DNA of 32,000 nucleotides from Acholeplasma laidlawii PG-8A (GTDB taxonomy: Bacteria > Bacillota_I > Bacilli_A > Acholeplasmatales > Acholeplasmataceae), in contig NC_010163.1 of the NCBI RefSeq assembly GCF_000018785.1, positions 120,001-152,000 of the forward strand, in the 5' to 3' direction. The notes under the pieces are model-generated. The model was not told where the DNA came from. It saw nothing but the letters and a program-made list of their open reading frames with translations, and did not search any database. The position numbers were made by a program, and so were the translations under genes. Positions 1 to 9,431 of the stretch are shown piece after piece (within the stretch, counting starts at the first letter, position 1; every line of letters starts with the position of its first letter).

Positions 1-1
1 G

Positions 2-118
2 AGGTTTAGTTATGGTTTTACTAAGATTGAAATACCCGTAGATTTCAGCAAAGTTTATGAAAATTCGGATAAAAATCTATATGAACATAAAGCCACTAAA
101 AATAACTTAAGAAGATAA
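2..118 (+). CDS. 3' end of an upstream CDS cut by the window edge; product not identifiable
   Basis: Frame 2 is open from the window edge to TAA at 116-118 (...EHKATKNNLRR*). Too short to assign a family. Confidence 0.3.
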   Translation, partial: RFSYGFTKIEIPVDFSKVYENSDKNLYEHKATKNNLRR

Positions 119-172
119 GTAGAGATAACTTCATTCCAATGATTAATTAATCACATATTTAGCATGATATAC

Positions 173-201
173 TTGACAAATCAAAGGGAATATTATATTA
201 T
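173..201 (+). promoter_or_regulatory. sigma-70-type promoter candidate for rplM-rpsI
   Basis: TTGACA 173-178, 17-nt spacer, TATTAT 196-201. Leaves a ~75-nt leader before rplM. Confidence 0.45.
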
Positions 202-280
202 ATTTCACGGTACGTTTTAAAGCTTATATTCCACAGCCCTTATAGCAGTGTAAAATTATAAGGAGAAAGTCTAAAAAAAT

Positions 281-709
281 ATGAAAACATTTATGGCAAA
301 TGAATCAACAATCCAACGCAAGTGGTATGTTGTCGATGCTGAAGGTAAAACTTTAGGTCGTTTAGCAACTGTAGTTGCTAGCGTTTTAAAAGGAAAACAT
401 AAACCAACCTACACTCCACATGTAGACTCAGGTGACTATGTGATCGTTATTAACGCAGAAAAAATTAAATTAACTGGTAACAAATGGAATGATAAGATCT
501 ATTATAAGCATTCAGGTTATGAATCAGGTCTAACTGAAACACCAGCTAAAGAATTAGTAGTTAAAAAACCTACAGCTTTAGTTGAAAAAGCAGTTAAAGG
601 TATGATTCCACATACATCTCTTGGTAGAGATATGTTTAGAAAACTGTTCGTATATGCAGGACCTGAACATAAACATCAAGCACAACAACCAGAAAGTTTG
701 GAGGTATAA
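281..709 (+). CDS. rplM: 50S ribosomal protein L13 (uL13)
   Basis: 142-aa ORF. N-terminus [25 protein letters not shown] is the canonical L13 signature. Followed directly by rpsI as in the conserved operon. Confidence 0.97.
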   Translation: MKTFMANESTIQRKWYVVDAEGKTLGRLATVVASVLKGKHKPTYTPHVDSGDYVIVINAEKIKLTGNKWNDKIYYKHSGYESGLTETPAKELVVKKPTALVEKAVKGMIPHTSLGRDMFRKLFVYAGPEHKHQAQQPESLEV

Positions 710-713
710 TTAC

Positions 714-1112
714 ATGGCAAAAGATTTAGTTCAATACTTAGGTACAGGACGCAGAAAGTCATCTGTTGCTCGTGTTATCCTAACTCCTGGTACAGGAAAG
801 TTTATTGTTAATGGTAGAGAGTTTGAAGAATATATTCCTTCAGCTGCAACACGCCTAGACGTTCTACAACCATTAGAATTAACTGAAAATGTAGGTAAGT
901 TCGATGTTAGAGCTAACGTTAACGGTGGCGGTTTAACTGGACAAGCAGGTGCAATCCGTTTAGGTATTACACGTGCACTTATGGAAGTTGATGAAGACTT
1001 ACGTAAAGTGTTAAAACCAGCTGGTTTAGTAACTCGTGATCCAAGAGCTAAAGAACGTTATAAATACGGTCTAAGAAAAGCACGTCGTGCAACTCAATTC
1101 TCAAAACGTTAA
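714..1112 (+). CDS. rpsI: 30S ribosomal protein S9 (uS9)
   Basis: Same frame as ORF-track 621..1112. GGAGG at 699-703 and ATG at 714 give a 132-aa protein ending ...RRATQFSKR (typical S9 C-terminus). The upstream extension overlaps rplM and is not credible. Confidence 0.96.
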   Translation: MAKDLVQYLGTGRRKSSVARVILTPGTGKFIVNGREFEEYIPSAATRLDVLQPLELTENVGKFDVRANVNGGGLTGQAGAIRLGITRALMEVDEDLRKVLKPAGLVTRDPRAKERYKYGLRKARRATQFSKR

Positions 1113-1132
1113 TATTTATATACATTCAAAAG

Positions 1133-1160
1133 AAAACTTCCATGATGTGGGAGTTTTTTC
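1133..1160 (+). terminator. rho-independent terminator after rpsI
   Basis: 10-bp stem AAAACTTCCA / TGGGAGTTTT (one G-U pair), 5-nt loop, then a T run. Confidence 0.8.
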
Positions 1161-1282
1161 TTATTAACCGATTTTATGTGTCTGTAGCTACATTAAGTGG
1201 TGCAATAGAAAGTTAAAATTTGTATGTTTAGTTAATTAGGAATAAGAAGTTAGATAAATAACAAGCATAATACATAATAAAC

Positions 1283-1311
1283 TTGTTTATTCAGTCGAAA
1301 TAATTTATAAT
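1283..1311 (+). promoter_or_regulatory. promoter candidate for gltX
   Basis: TTGTTT 1283-1288, 17-nt spacer, TATAAT 1306-1311. Confidence 0.45.
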
Positions 1312-1323
1312 AAAGGTTGCGAA

Positions 1324-2685
1324 ATGAGGGTGAACATGAAAAAGTTTAGAGCGCGTTATGCACCATCACCTACAGGACATTTACATATTGGTAATGCAAG
1401 AACAGCATTATTCAATTACTTATTTGCTCGTCACCATGGTGGCGACTTCATTATAAGAATTGAAGATACCGATGTTGCAAGAAATGTTGAAGGTGGTATT
1501 ACATCTCAATTAAATAATTTAAAATGGTTAGGTATGGACTGGGATGAAGGCGTTGATGTTGGAGGTTCTTTTGGTCCTTATAATCAATTAAGCCGTCTAG
1601 AACTGTACAAAAAGTACGCATTTGAGCTACTTGAAAAAGGTTATGCTTATAAAGATTTTAAAGAAGGATCAGAAGATTTTGCGATCCGTTTTAAGGTTCC
1701 AGAAAATGTATTATATGAATTTGATGACGTTATTCGTGGTACACTGAAATTTGAATCAAAAGATGTTGAAGACTGGATTATCTTAAAAGATAATGGTATT
1801 CCTACTTATAACTTTGCTGTTGTTATTGATGATCACTATATGGAAATTACCCACGTGTTTAGAGGTGAAGAACATATTACAAATACACCTAAACAACTCA
1901 TGGTATATGATGCTTTAGGTTGGGAGTATCCAACATTTGGCCACATGACAATTATTGTCAATGAAGACCGTAAAAAGTTAAGTAAAAGAGATACTAATAC
2001 AATTCAATTTATTGAAGATTATAAGAACTTAGGTTTCTTACCAGAAGCGATGTTAAACTTCTTATCATTACTGGGATGGAGTCCTAAAGATGATGAAGAA
2101 ATTTTATCAAAAGAAGAACTTATCTCATTATTTGATGAACATAGACTAAGTGCTGCACCAAGTTACTTTGATAAGCAAAAGTTAGCTTACATCAACTCTA
2201 GATACTTAAAAGCTTTATCTATGGACGAACTAAAGGATCTAACCAGACCATTTTTAATCAATCACGGCATTGAAATTAAAAATGAAGCATGGTTAGAAAG
2301 TTTATTATCCATCTTAAAAGATAGATTATCCTATGGTGCTGAAATCACTAAGTACTATGATCAATTCTTCCATCATGATTTTGTTTTAGAACCAGCTGTT
2401 TTAGAAGAAATTAAAGAATTTGATAATGAAGTTGTTATTAAAGGCTTTATGGGTGCAATATCGTCTGTTGACTTTACAGATGACGTGGCAATTAACCAAG
2501 CACTTAAAGATACCGGTAAAGCCCTAAATATTAAAGGTAAACCACTATTCATGCCGATTAGAATAGCAACTACTGGCGAAGCACATGGACCAAGCCTACC
2601 GGTATCATTAAGTTTACTAGGTAAAGAATTAGTAATTAAACGCATGAACAAAACTTTAGAAGTACTAAAAGGAGAAACTAAATGA
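1324..2685 (+). CDS. gltX: glutamate--tRNA ligase
   Basis: RYAPSPTGHLHIGNARTALFNYLFA (HIGH region) and KLSKR (KMSKS) class I motifs. An alternative in-frame ATG at 1336 is also plausible. Confidence 0.95.
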   Translation: MRVNMKKFRARYAPSPTGHLHIGNARTALFNYLFARHHGGDFIIRIEDTDVARNVEGGITSQLNNLKWLGMDWDEGVDVGGSFGPYNQLSRLELYKKYAFELLEKGYAYKDFKEGSEDFAIRFKVPENVLYEFDDVIRGTLKFESKDVEDWIILKDNGIPTYNFAVVIDDHYMEITHVFRGEEHITNTPKQLMVYDALGWEYPTFGHMTIIVNEDRKKLSKRDTNTIQFIEDYKNLGFLPEAMLNFLSLLGWSPKDDEEILSKEELISLFDEHRLSAAPSYFDKQKLAYINSRYLKALSMDELKDLTRPFLINHGIEIKNEAWLESLLSILKDRLSYGAEITKYYDQFFHHDFVLEPAVLEEIKEFDNEVVIKGFMGAISSVDFTDDVAINQALKDTGKALNIKGKPLFMPIRIATTGEAHGPSLPVSLSLLGKELVIKRMNKTLEVLKGETK

Positions 2686-4259
2686 AAAAAGTTTTAACAA
2701 TTGTTGCTTTTGCATTATTGCTTGTACTAGCAGGTTGTACATCACAAGCAAGATCTAATGCAAGAGCATATGTAACATCTATCTCTGCAACATCTACAGA
2801 AGTTCAATTTAAAGTAGAATTAAGAGACCCTGATACAGAATTAGATAGTAAAACACTCGTAGTTAGAGTGAAAACAAGCGGGGAAGCAGATGTTGACCAA
2901 ACATTAGAGTTATCTACTGCAACACCAAGTAAAACAATTAAATTTACTGATTTAAAAATGGGTAGTAGTTATGATGTATATGTCTTTGGTCAAAAGAATA
3001 ATAAACAAGTCCAACTATATTATTTAAGTGCTACATTTAAAACATTAAGTCCTGGTGATGAAGAAGCAAATCCAATTGTAATTACAACAACAGAAGAATT
3101 TAAATCAATGGATTCTAAAAAACACTATGCTTTAGGTAATGACCTAGACTTCGGTAATGTATCTATGATGCCTTTATTTACATCAGGCACACCATTTAGT
3201 GGTAGTTTTGACGGTAAAGATTTTACCTTAAAAAATATCAATATTACAGCTGAAGATGATGTATATAAATCATATCTATCCATCTTTGGTTATGCATCTA
3301 AATCAACGATTAAAAACGTTAAATTAGATAATGTACATATTGATAACGAAGCTAAACCATACATTGGTATCCACTATGTAGGATTAATCGTAAGTAAAGT
3401 ATCAAACAATGCATTCTTATTAGAAAACATTGAAATAACAAATTCAAGTGTAACCATTAGCCACAATAGAAATCAATCCGTAACAAACCGTAACTTGTAT
3501 GTTGGTTTAGTGGGTGGTTCTATGCAAGGTACATTAAGAAATATCGTAGTTAAAGACTCTATCTTAAATGTTGAACAAAATGCCTTAAATGGTGTATATG
3601 CTGGAGCACAAGCTGCAACTGCAGGTACATACGTAGGTGGTGCATTTGGTTTAATTGAACAAGATAAAGGTACAGGTATTGAACAAATAGCTGTAGTGGA
3701 TACAGATGTTAATGTAAATATCAACCAAGATAAAGCAAGCTTAGGCACAGGTGTATTATTTGTTGGCGGTGTATTTGGAGCATATAGAAGTGATCGTAAT
3801 ACAGCTGAGATTTATTCAAATGCAGCAATTTCTGTATCACACACAAAACATGCAAATACAGCAAGCGATAAATTAGATACAATCTATGCTGGTGGTATTG
3901 TTGGTTCGATTATTAAATCAAGATTAAATGAAGTATTATTTAATGGTGAACTTACTATTAGTGCATCTGATGTATTAAACAGAGTACACACAAGTTTAGT
4001 TGCAGGACAAGCTACAACATCATCTACTAAGTTATTAGCAGGTGGTATTATAGAAGTTACAACTACAAATGGTAACCAAGTTGCAACAGCAAGCGAACTA
4101 TACCCATATGCTTGGGCAAACAAAGTAAATGAAGTAAAAATTCTGAACAGTGCAGCAATTAATTTTGATGGTACTGCAGTTGATTTATCAGCATTTAATG
4201 TAGTTACATCAGCAGCTGATTTCTTAACATCTGAGTTTGTTTTAAGTCATTTAAACTAA
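2682..4259 (+). CDS. surface lipoprotein with N-terminal Fn3-like domain and GLUG-motif repeats
   Basis: Signal peptide plus lipobox LLVLAGC. Repeated YVGGAFG / FVGGVFG / YAGGIVG / LVGG elements resemble the GLUG motif. ATG overlaps the gltX stop (ATGA). Confidence 0.8.
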   Translation: MKKVLTIVAFALLLVLAGCTSQARSNARAYVTSISATSTEVQFKVELRDPDTELDSKTLVVRVKTSGEADVDQTLELSTATPSKTIKFTDLKMGSSYDVYVFGQKNNKQVQLYYLSATFKTLSPGDEEANPIVITTTEEFKSMDSKKHYALGNDLDFGNVSMMPLFTSGTPFSGSFDGKDFTLKNINITAEDDVYKSYLSIFGYASKSTIKNVKLDNVHIDNEAKPYIGIHYVGLIVSKVSNNAFLLENIEITNSSVTISHNRNQSVTNRNLYVGLVGGSMQGTLRNIVVKDSILNVEQNALNGVYAGAQAATAGTYVGGAFGLIEQDKGTGIEQIAVVDTDVNVNINQDKASLGTGVLFVGGVFGAYRSDRNTAEIYSNAAISVSHTKHANTASDKLDTIYAGGIVGSIIKSRLNEVLFNGELTISASDVLNRVHTSLVAGQATTSSTKLLAGGIIEVTTTNGNQVATASELYPYAWANKVNEVKILNSAAINFDGTAVDLSAFNVVTSAADFLTSEFVLSHLN

Positions 4260-4307
4260 ACATAATTTAGTCAGATATCAATTCAATAAATATATAGTAT
4301 AATTAAG

Positions 4308-4334
4308 GCTGGCAAATATCATTTGCCAGCTTTT
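4308..4334 (+). terminator. rho-independent terminator
   Basis: Perfect 10-bp stem GCTGGCAAAT / ATTTGCCAGC, 3-nt loop, then TTTT. Confidence 0.85.
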
Positions 4335-4355
4335 ATTGTTAAAAAAGGACACTTT

Positions 4356-5672
4356 ATGGCACTTACACTTATTATATTTTCACTTACAGTAGTTATACTT
4401 ATCTTGATGGTTATGTTTAAACCAAAACTTTATTTTGGTAATTTTTCTATAGAATCATTTTGGCTTGTTGCAGTTATTGGTGCACTTTTATTAGTGATAT
4501 TTCAACTGGTATCTCCAAGTGAGATCTATCAAAGTTTAACAAAAAGTACTGGGATGAATCCAATTAAACTACTTATCATTTTTATTTCAATGAGTGGTTT
4601 ATCTGTGATGCTTGATGAATTGGGATTTTTTAAGAAAGTATCTATTCTGGTTTTAAAAGCTGCGGGTACAAGTCAACTAAAGATTTTTATCTATTTATAT
4701 ATGACGGTATCCTTTTTAACGATATTTACTTCTAATGACATCATTATTTTAACCTTTACACCGATTATCATCTATTTTTCTAAACACGCTAAAATCAACC
4801 CAATACCGTATCTATTATCAGAGTTTGTAGCAGCCAATACATGGAGCTTAATGTTTATGATTGGTAATCCAACCAATATCTATTTAGCTTCAGCATTTAA
4901 TATTACGTTCTTTGAATACTTTAAAGTTATGATGATTCCAACGATTGCTGCAGGTACATTTACATTTATTATCTTATGGGTGTTATTCAATAAAGATTTA
5001 AGAAAACCAATGGATAAAACCATACTAGATAATGTAGTACTAGATAGACCGGTACTTGTATGGGTTACTTTAATTAACCTAGTACTCGCAACCACGTTTC
5101 TTACCCTATCATCTTATATAGCTATAGAGATGTATTTGATTGCATTATGCTTCTTACTATTTAATGCATCCTTCATGGTCTTTTATCAAGTGTTTGTTTA
5201 TAAAGAACATCCGGCATACTTTTTAAATACTGTTAAAAGAATGCCGTGGAATTTAATGCCTTTTGTTATCTCTATGTTTATTATGGTCATTAGTCTTAAT
5301 AAATATGGGGTTACAGAAAATATAGAAGCTATGTTATCTAATTTAGATAGTTTATATGGATATGGCTTAACGTCCTTTATATCAGCAAACTTTTTAAATA
5401 ATATACCAATGTCCGTGTTATATGCAGACATTATCCATCATATGCCTTTATTACCACAACAAGCACTTAACCGTGCGATATATAGCTCAATTATTGGATC
5501 TAATATTGGAGCTTATCTAACACCCATTGGAGCACTAGCTGGTATGATGTGGATGCGTATCTTAAAGAAAGAAGACATAGATTTATCCTTTGGTAAATTT
5601 ATTTCATATGGTGCATTATTATCTATTCCAACCATGTTGATTGCATTAGTTGTATTACAGTTATTTATATAA
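4356..5672 (+). CDS. ArsB/NhaD (citrate/arsenite transporter-like) family permease
   Basis: Polytopic membrane protein with GNPTNIY-type motif. The ORF-track TTG start at 4323 lies inside the upstream terminator. ATG 4356 has AAGGA 6 nt upstream. Confidence 0.7.
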   Translation: MALTLIIFSLTVVILILMVMFKPKLYFGNFSIESFWLVAVIGALLLVIFQLVSPSEIYQSLTKSTGMNPIKLLIIFISMSGLSVMLDELGFFKKVSILVLKAAGTSQLKIFIYLYMTVSFLTIFTSNDIIILTFTPIIIYFSKHAKINPIPYLLSEFVAANTWSLMFMIGNPTNIYLASAFNITFFEYFKVMMIPTIAAGTFTFIILWVLFNKDLRKPMDKTILDNVVLDRPVLVWVTLINLVLATTFLTLSSYIAIEMYLIALCFLLFNASFMVFYQVFVYKEHPAYFLNTVKRMPWNLMPFVISMFIMVISLNKYGVTENIEAMLSNLDSLYGYGLTSFISANFLNNIPMSVLYADIIHHMPLLPQQALNRAIYSSIIGSNIGAYLTPIGALAGMMWMRILKKEDIDLSFGKFISYGALLSIPTMLIALVVLQLFI

Positions 5673-5681
5673 AATAAATCT

Positions 5682-5711
5682 AAGGTTATATAGAGATTAC
5701 TATATGACCTT
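5682..5711 (+). terminator. terminator candidate after the permease gene
   Basis: 12-bp stem AAGGTTATATAG / CTATATGACCTT (one G-U pair), 6-nt loop, T-rich tail. Confidence 0.65.
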
Positions 5712-5809
5712 TATTTATTATAAGAACTTTAAATCAAGGAAATTCTAACAATCTATAGTGATGAATCATGTATAATAAGAGTAATAGACGTTTAGGAGGA
5801 AAGTCAAAA

Positions 5810-7690
5810 ATGAAACATACTTTAAATAAAATATCTAAAACGAGATTTATAAGAGGTATTAACTGTCCAAGGTTCTTTCCTTTATTTGAAATCTATAAAA
5901 GGGGAAGTAAGGATGCAACGGTATCCTTTACAGATGATTTATCAGATTTAATGACCGAAGAAAATGAGGCAAAAAAACAAGCCTTATTTGAACAAATGAT
6001 TGAATATGAAACAGATGAAGAAACTGATGAAACAGAAGAAGTAGATTTAATTAATGTTGAAAATAAAAAATTAGAAGTGATGTTGCCATACTTTAATAAG
6101 ATGGAAGAAATATCCGCTAAGTATGTACAACATAAATTTAATGCACCAGTGGTTGCAAGTACTGAAACGCGTGATCAAAAAAGATTTGAAGCAACCATAG
6201 GTGATTATAGTTTCTATAGTTTCTTGGATATCTACCAAGAAACTGATGACATCATTAGAGTTATAGAAGCTAAAGCAACCACATCTTCTAAATTTATGGA
6301 TTTAACATTTACAGAAGATAAAGAAAAGTTTAACTTTTTTGAACTTACACCTGAAGGTATATTAATGTCAAGAGAAGCTCTAGGCTTACCGGTTGGAGAA
6401 AAGTACTTCAAGAAAAAACAAGCAATTTTAAAAAGAACCAATCCAATTGGTGGTTATCTTTATGATATTACCTATCAAAGATATGTGATAGAGCATTTCT
6501 TTAAGAGTAACAATATAGAAACGAAACCAATGAAATATTATCTAGCAATACTAAACCACAAATACATTTTTGATGGTGTTTATAAAGATGGACAACCTGA
6601 TTATTATAAAGATATGGATAAGGAAAACTTCCTTATTCGCTTAGTGGATGTTACAGATTTGACTGGGAACTTCTTAGAAAGCTTTGAAGCAGATGTTGAA
6701 GAAGTAATTCATAGACTAGATCACATGACATTAGTACCTTTTCCACTATGTCCTAGAAAAGGTAAGAATAAATGTATGTTCCATGATATATGTTATAAAG
6801 ACATACCTAAAAAGGATTCTATTTTTACCTATATTGGAAATCATAATGGATTTACCGATGAAAAAGGGGAAAAATATAAACCTGAAGATCTCATTAAGAT
6901 GAACATGAAAATGGCACTAGACGTGCCATACTCATGGTTAACAAGAGAAAATAATCAAATTCAATATGAGGTCTTGAGTTCCGGTAAACCTTACATGGAT
7001 AAACCACGTATTAAAGCCATTTTAGGAAAACTAGAGTATCCACTCTATCACTTGGATTTTGAAACCTTTGGTTCACCATTACCGCGTTTTAAAGGTGAGA
7101 AGGCTTATGACCAATCAGTCTTCCAGTTTAACTTACATATTGAACATGCTCCAGGTGTGAGTGATAAGGATTTAGATTCATATGTATATCTTGCAACAGA
7201 CCACTTAGATCAGCGCTATCAGTTAACTAAGTACTTATGTGATCTAATAGGTCCTAAAGGTACGGTGGTTGCATGGAATGATTCATTTGAAAAAACTAGA
7301 ATGAAAGAACTTGCTAAACTATTCCCTGAATTTAGTGATAAGCTAAATGATATTATTAGTAGAACATTTGATTTATGGTATGTCTTTAAAGGCAGTCACC
7401 ATAAGTTATATGACAAGTGGGGTATTCCGGAGAAGAAAGGCTTTAATTATTACCATGAAGCACTCCAAGGATCTTTTTCAATTAAAAAGGTATTACCTAT
7501 TTTTGTTCCTGACTTAAGTTATTCTAATTTGGATGTTAAAAATGGGGATGAAGCAGTCGTTGTTTATGGTAATTTTCCAAAGATGAACAAACAAGAATTC
7601 GAGTTTAATAAACGTGGATTAATAGAATATTGTAAACAAGATACTTGGGCGATGGTCGAGTTATTAAAGTCATTGCGTGAAATCATCTAA
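5810..7690 (+). CDS. DUF2779-like protein: Cas4/RecB-like PD-(D/E)XK nuclease fused to a DEDD-type exonuclease-like domain
   Basis: AGGAGGA 9 nt before ATG 5810 (the ORF-track start at 5768 lacks an SD). N half has D...IEAK and the Cys pattern C-x8-C-x5-C plus an N-terminal Cys. C half has HLDFETF, WNDSFEKTRM and YCKQDTWAM motifs. Confidence 0.7.
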   Translation: MKHTLNKISKTRFIRGINCPRFFPLFEIYKRGSKDATVSFTDDLSDLMTEENEAKKQALFEQMIEYETDEETDETEEVDLINVENKKLEVMLPYFNKMEEISAKYVQHKFNAPVVASTETRDQKRFEATIGDYSFYSFLDIYQETDDIIRVIEAKATTSSKFMDLTFTEDKEKFNFFELTPEGILMSREALGLPVGEKYFKKKQAILKRTNPIGGYLYDITYQRYVIEHFFKSNNIETKPMKYYLAILNHKYIFDGVYKDGQPDYYKDMDKENFLIRLVDVTDLTGNFLESFEADVEEVIHRLDHMTLVPFPLCPRKGKNKCMFHDICYKDIPKKDSIFTYIGNHNGFTDEKGEKYKPEDLIKMNMKMALDVPYSWLTRENNQIQYEVLSSGKPYMDKPRIKAILGKLEYPLYHLDFETFGSPLPRFKGEKAYDQSVFQFNLHIEHAPGVSDKDLDSYVYLATDHLDQRYQLTKYLCDLIGPKGTVVAWNDSFEKTRMKELAKLFPEFSDKLNDIISRTFDLWYVFKGSHHKLYDKWGIPEKKGFNYYHEALQGSFSIKKVLPIFVPDLSYSNLDVKNGDEAVVVYGNFPKMNKQEFEFNKRGLIEYCKQDTWAMVELLKSLREII

Positions 7691-7695
7691 ATGCT

Positions 7696-7725
7696 TTGCA
7701 TAAAGGGGCTATTTTTTAGTATAAT
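7696..7725 (+). promoter_or_regulatory. promoter candidate for cysS operon
   Basis: TTGCAT 7696-7701, 18-nt spacer, TATAAT 7720-7725. Confidence 0.45.
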
Positions 7726-7749
7726 ACTATGTAAAGGAATGTTTACTAC

Positions 7750-9054
7750 ATGTTAAAAATATATAACTCACTGTCAAACAAAATTGAAGAATTTAAGCCA
7801 ATTCATGAAAAAAAAGTAAATATGTATGTGTGTGGACCTACAGTCTATGATGATATACATATTGGTAATGGTAGACCCGTTGTCTTTTTTGATGTTGTTA
7901 AGCGTTACTTACAATATCTAGATTATGGCGTTAAATACGCATCTAACATCACTGATGTGGATGATAAGATCATTGACAGAGCCCAAAAACTACATATAAC
8001 TGAAAAAGAACTAGCTACTACTTATACCAACAATTTTTTTGAAATAGCTAAAAAAATTGGTGGATATAATTTTGATGTCACACCACATGCAACCAACTAT
8101 ATTGAAGAAATGATTAAGTTTATTGGTGAACTAATTTCTGATGGGTTTGCATATAAGACCCAAAGTGGTGTCTATTTTAGAGTGGATAAAATCAAAGACT
8201 ATGGGATATTGTCGAACCAACAGGTTAAAGACTTAAAAACTGGAGTCCGTATTGATTTAGAAACTGATAAAGAAAAAGACTATGATTTTGCTTTATGGAA
8301 GAACACAGAAGAAGGTATTAAATATCATGCACCTTGGGGTGATGGTCGTCCTGGGTGGCATACAGAGTGTGTTGTCATGACAAACGAAATCTTTGGTGGT
8401 GAAATTGATATTCACGGTGGTGGGTTTGATTTAAAATTTCCACACCATGAAAATGAAATTGCACAGTCTGTTGCAAAACATGATCACCATCTAGCGAAGT
8501 ACTGGATGCATGTTGGTAGACTGGATTTAGCTAATGAAAAGATGAGTAAATCATTAGGTAATGATATCAAACTTAAAGACCTTGTTCAAGTCTATAATCC
8601 AAATGCATATCGCTTAATGTTGTTAGCACATCATTACCGAGCGCCAATTCAGTTTAGTGATGACTTAATTGAACAATATCAAAAGGCTTATGATAAAATA
8701 TCATATACACTGAATAAGTGGCATTTTCATATGATATTAAACAATATCAATGAAAATGGATTAGATCATGAAAGTATGGAATACTTTGAAGGATTTATGA
8801 ACGATGATTTTGCTACACCTAGAGTTATTTCCTTAATTGATAAACTCATTAAAGACTTAAATAAAGCATTTAAAGTAGAAAACTACAACACGATCATACA
8901 AATACTATCCACATTAGGTATAAACCCTAATATCCTTGAAGTTTTAGAAGATGATATTCAAAACTATAATAACTGGCAACAAGCAAGGTTAGAGAAAAAT
9001 TATGAGAAGGCTGATATCTATAGAAAACCATTATTAGATAAAGGTTTTATCTAA
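7750..9054 (+). CDS. cysS: cysteine--tRNA ligase
   Basis: CGPTVYDDIHIGNGR (HIGH) and KMSKSLGN motifs; GWHTEC zinc-site region. Confidence 0.96.
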   Translation: MLKIYNSLSNKIEEFKPIHEKKVNMYVCGPTVYDDIHIGNGRPVVFFDVVKRYLQYLDYGVKYASNITDVDDKIIDRAQKLHITEKELATTYTNNFFEIAKKIGGYNFDVTPHATNYIEEMIKFIGELISDGFAYKTQSGVYFRVDKIKDYGILSNQQVKDLKTGVRIDLETDKEKDYDFALWKNTEEGIKYHAPWGDGRPGWHTECVVMTNEIFGGEIDIHGGGFDLKFPHHENEIAQSVAKHDHHLAKYWMHVGRLDLANEKMSKSLGNDIKLKDLVQVYNPNAYRLMLLAHHYRAPIQFSDDLIEQYQKAYDKISYTLNKWHFHMILNNINENGLDHESMEYFEGFMNDDFATPRVISLIDKLIKDLNKAFKVENYNTIIQILSTLGINPNILEVLEDDIQNYNNWQQARLEKNYEKADIYRKPLLDKGFI

Positions 9055-9431
9055 TGAATGGGTTAGCACTTGCATATTTAGGTGATGCTTATTATGAACT
9101 TGAAATCAGAAAATATTTGATTACTCAAGGTATTAGAAATGTAGGTAAACTACATACTGAAAAGGTTAGATTAGCATCGAATGAAGCACAAGCTTCGATT
9201 ATGAATTATTTTCTTAGTTTAGAGATTTTATCTGAAGAAGAAATTGATGCCTATAAAAAGGGTAGAAATAAATCTCACAACTCAAGAAAACAAATGGATA
9301 TGGTGACATATCAACAAGCAACCGGATTTGAAAGTTTAATAGGCTATTTATCGATAATTGATGAGCAACGCGCTAAAGATTTAATTAATCTAGGTATTAC
9401 ATTTATAAAACAGGGTGGTTACAATGGCTAA
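9054..9431 (+). CDS. mrnC: mini-ribonuclease III
   Basis: LALAYLGDAYYELEIRKYL signature. 125 aa. ATG overlaps the cysS stop (TAATG). Sits in the canonical position after cysS. Confidence 0.9.
   Translation: MNGLALAYLGDAYYELEIRKYLITQGIRNVGKLHTEKVRLASNEAQASIMNYFLSLEILSEEEIDAYKKGRNKSHNSRKQMDMVTYQQATGFESLIGYLSIIDEQRAKDLINLGITFIKQGGYNG

Noticed and set aside
202-280. Possible L13-leader-type autoregulatory RNA upstream of rplM, and similar r-protein leader structure upstream of rplK (31414-31489).
   Set aside because: The leader lengths are compatible, but I could not fold a convincing conserved structure by eye. This needs a covariance-model scan (Rfam).
621-713. N-terminal extensions proposed by the ORF track: 621 for rpsI, 4323 for the permease, 5768 for DUF2779, 9415 for the ATPase, 14209 for secE, 22228 for PqqD, 23067 for the LTD protein, 28128 for SPFH.
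   Set aside because: Downstream in-frame ATGs have proper SD sequences and give canonical N-termini or signal peptides. Several extensions overlap upstream genes or terminators.
1113-1323. T-box or other riboswitch leader upstream of gltX, and the short region upstream of cysS (7691-7749).
   Set aside because: No T-box consensus (AANNNGGGTGGNACCGCG-like), no specifier/antiterminator architecture and no internal terminator are visible. The cysS leader is too short.
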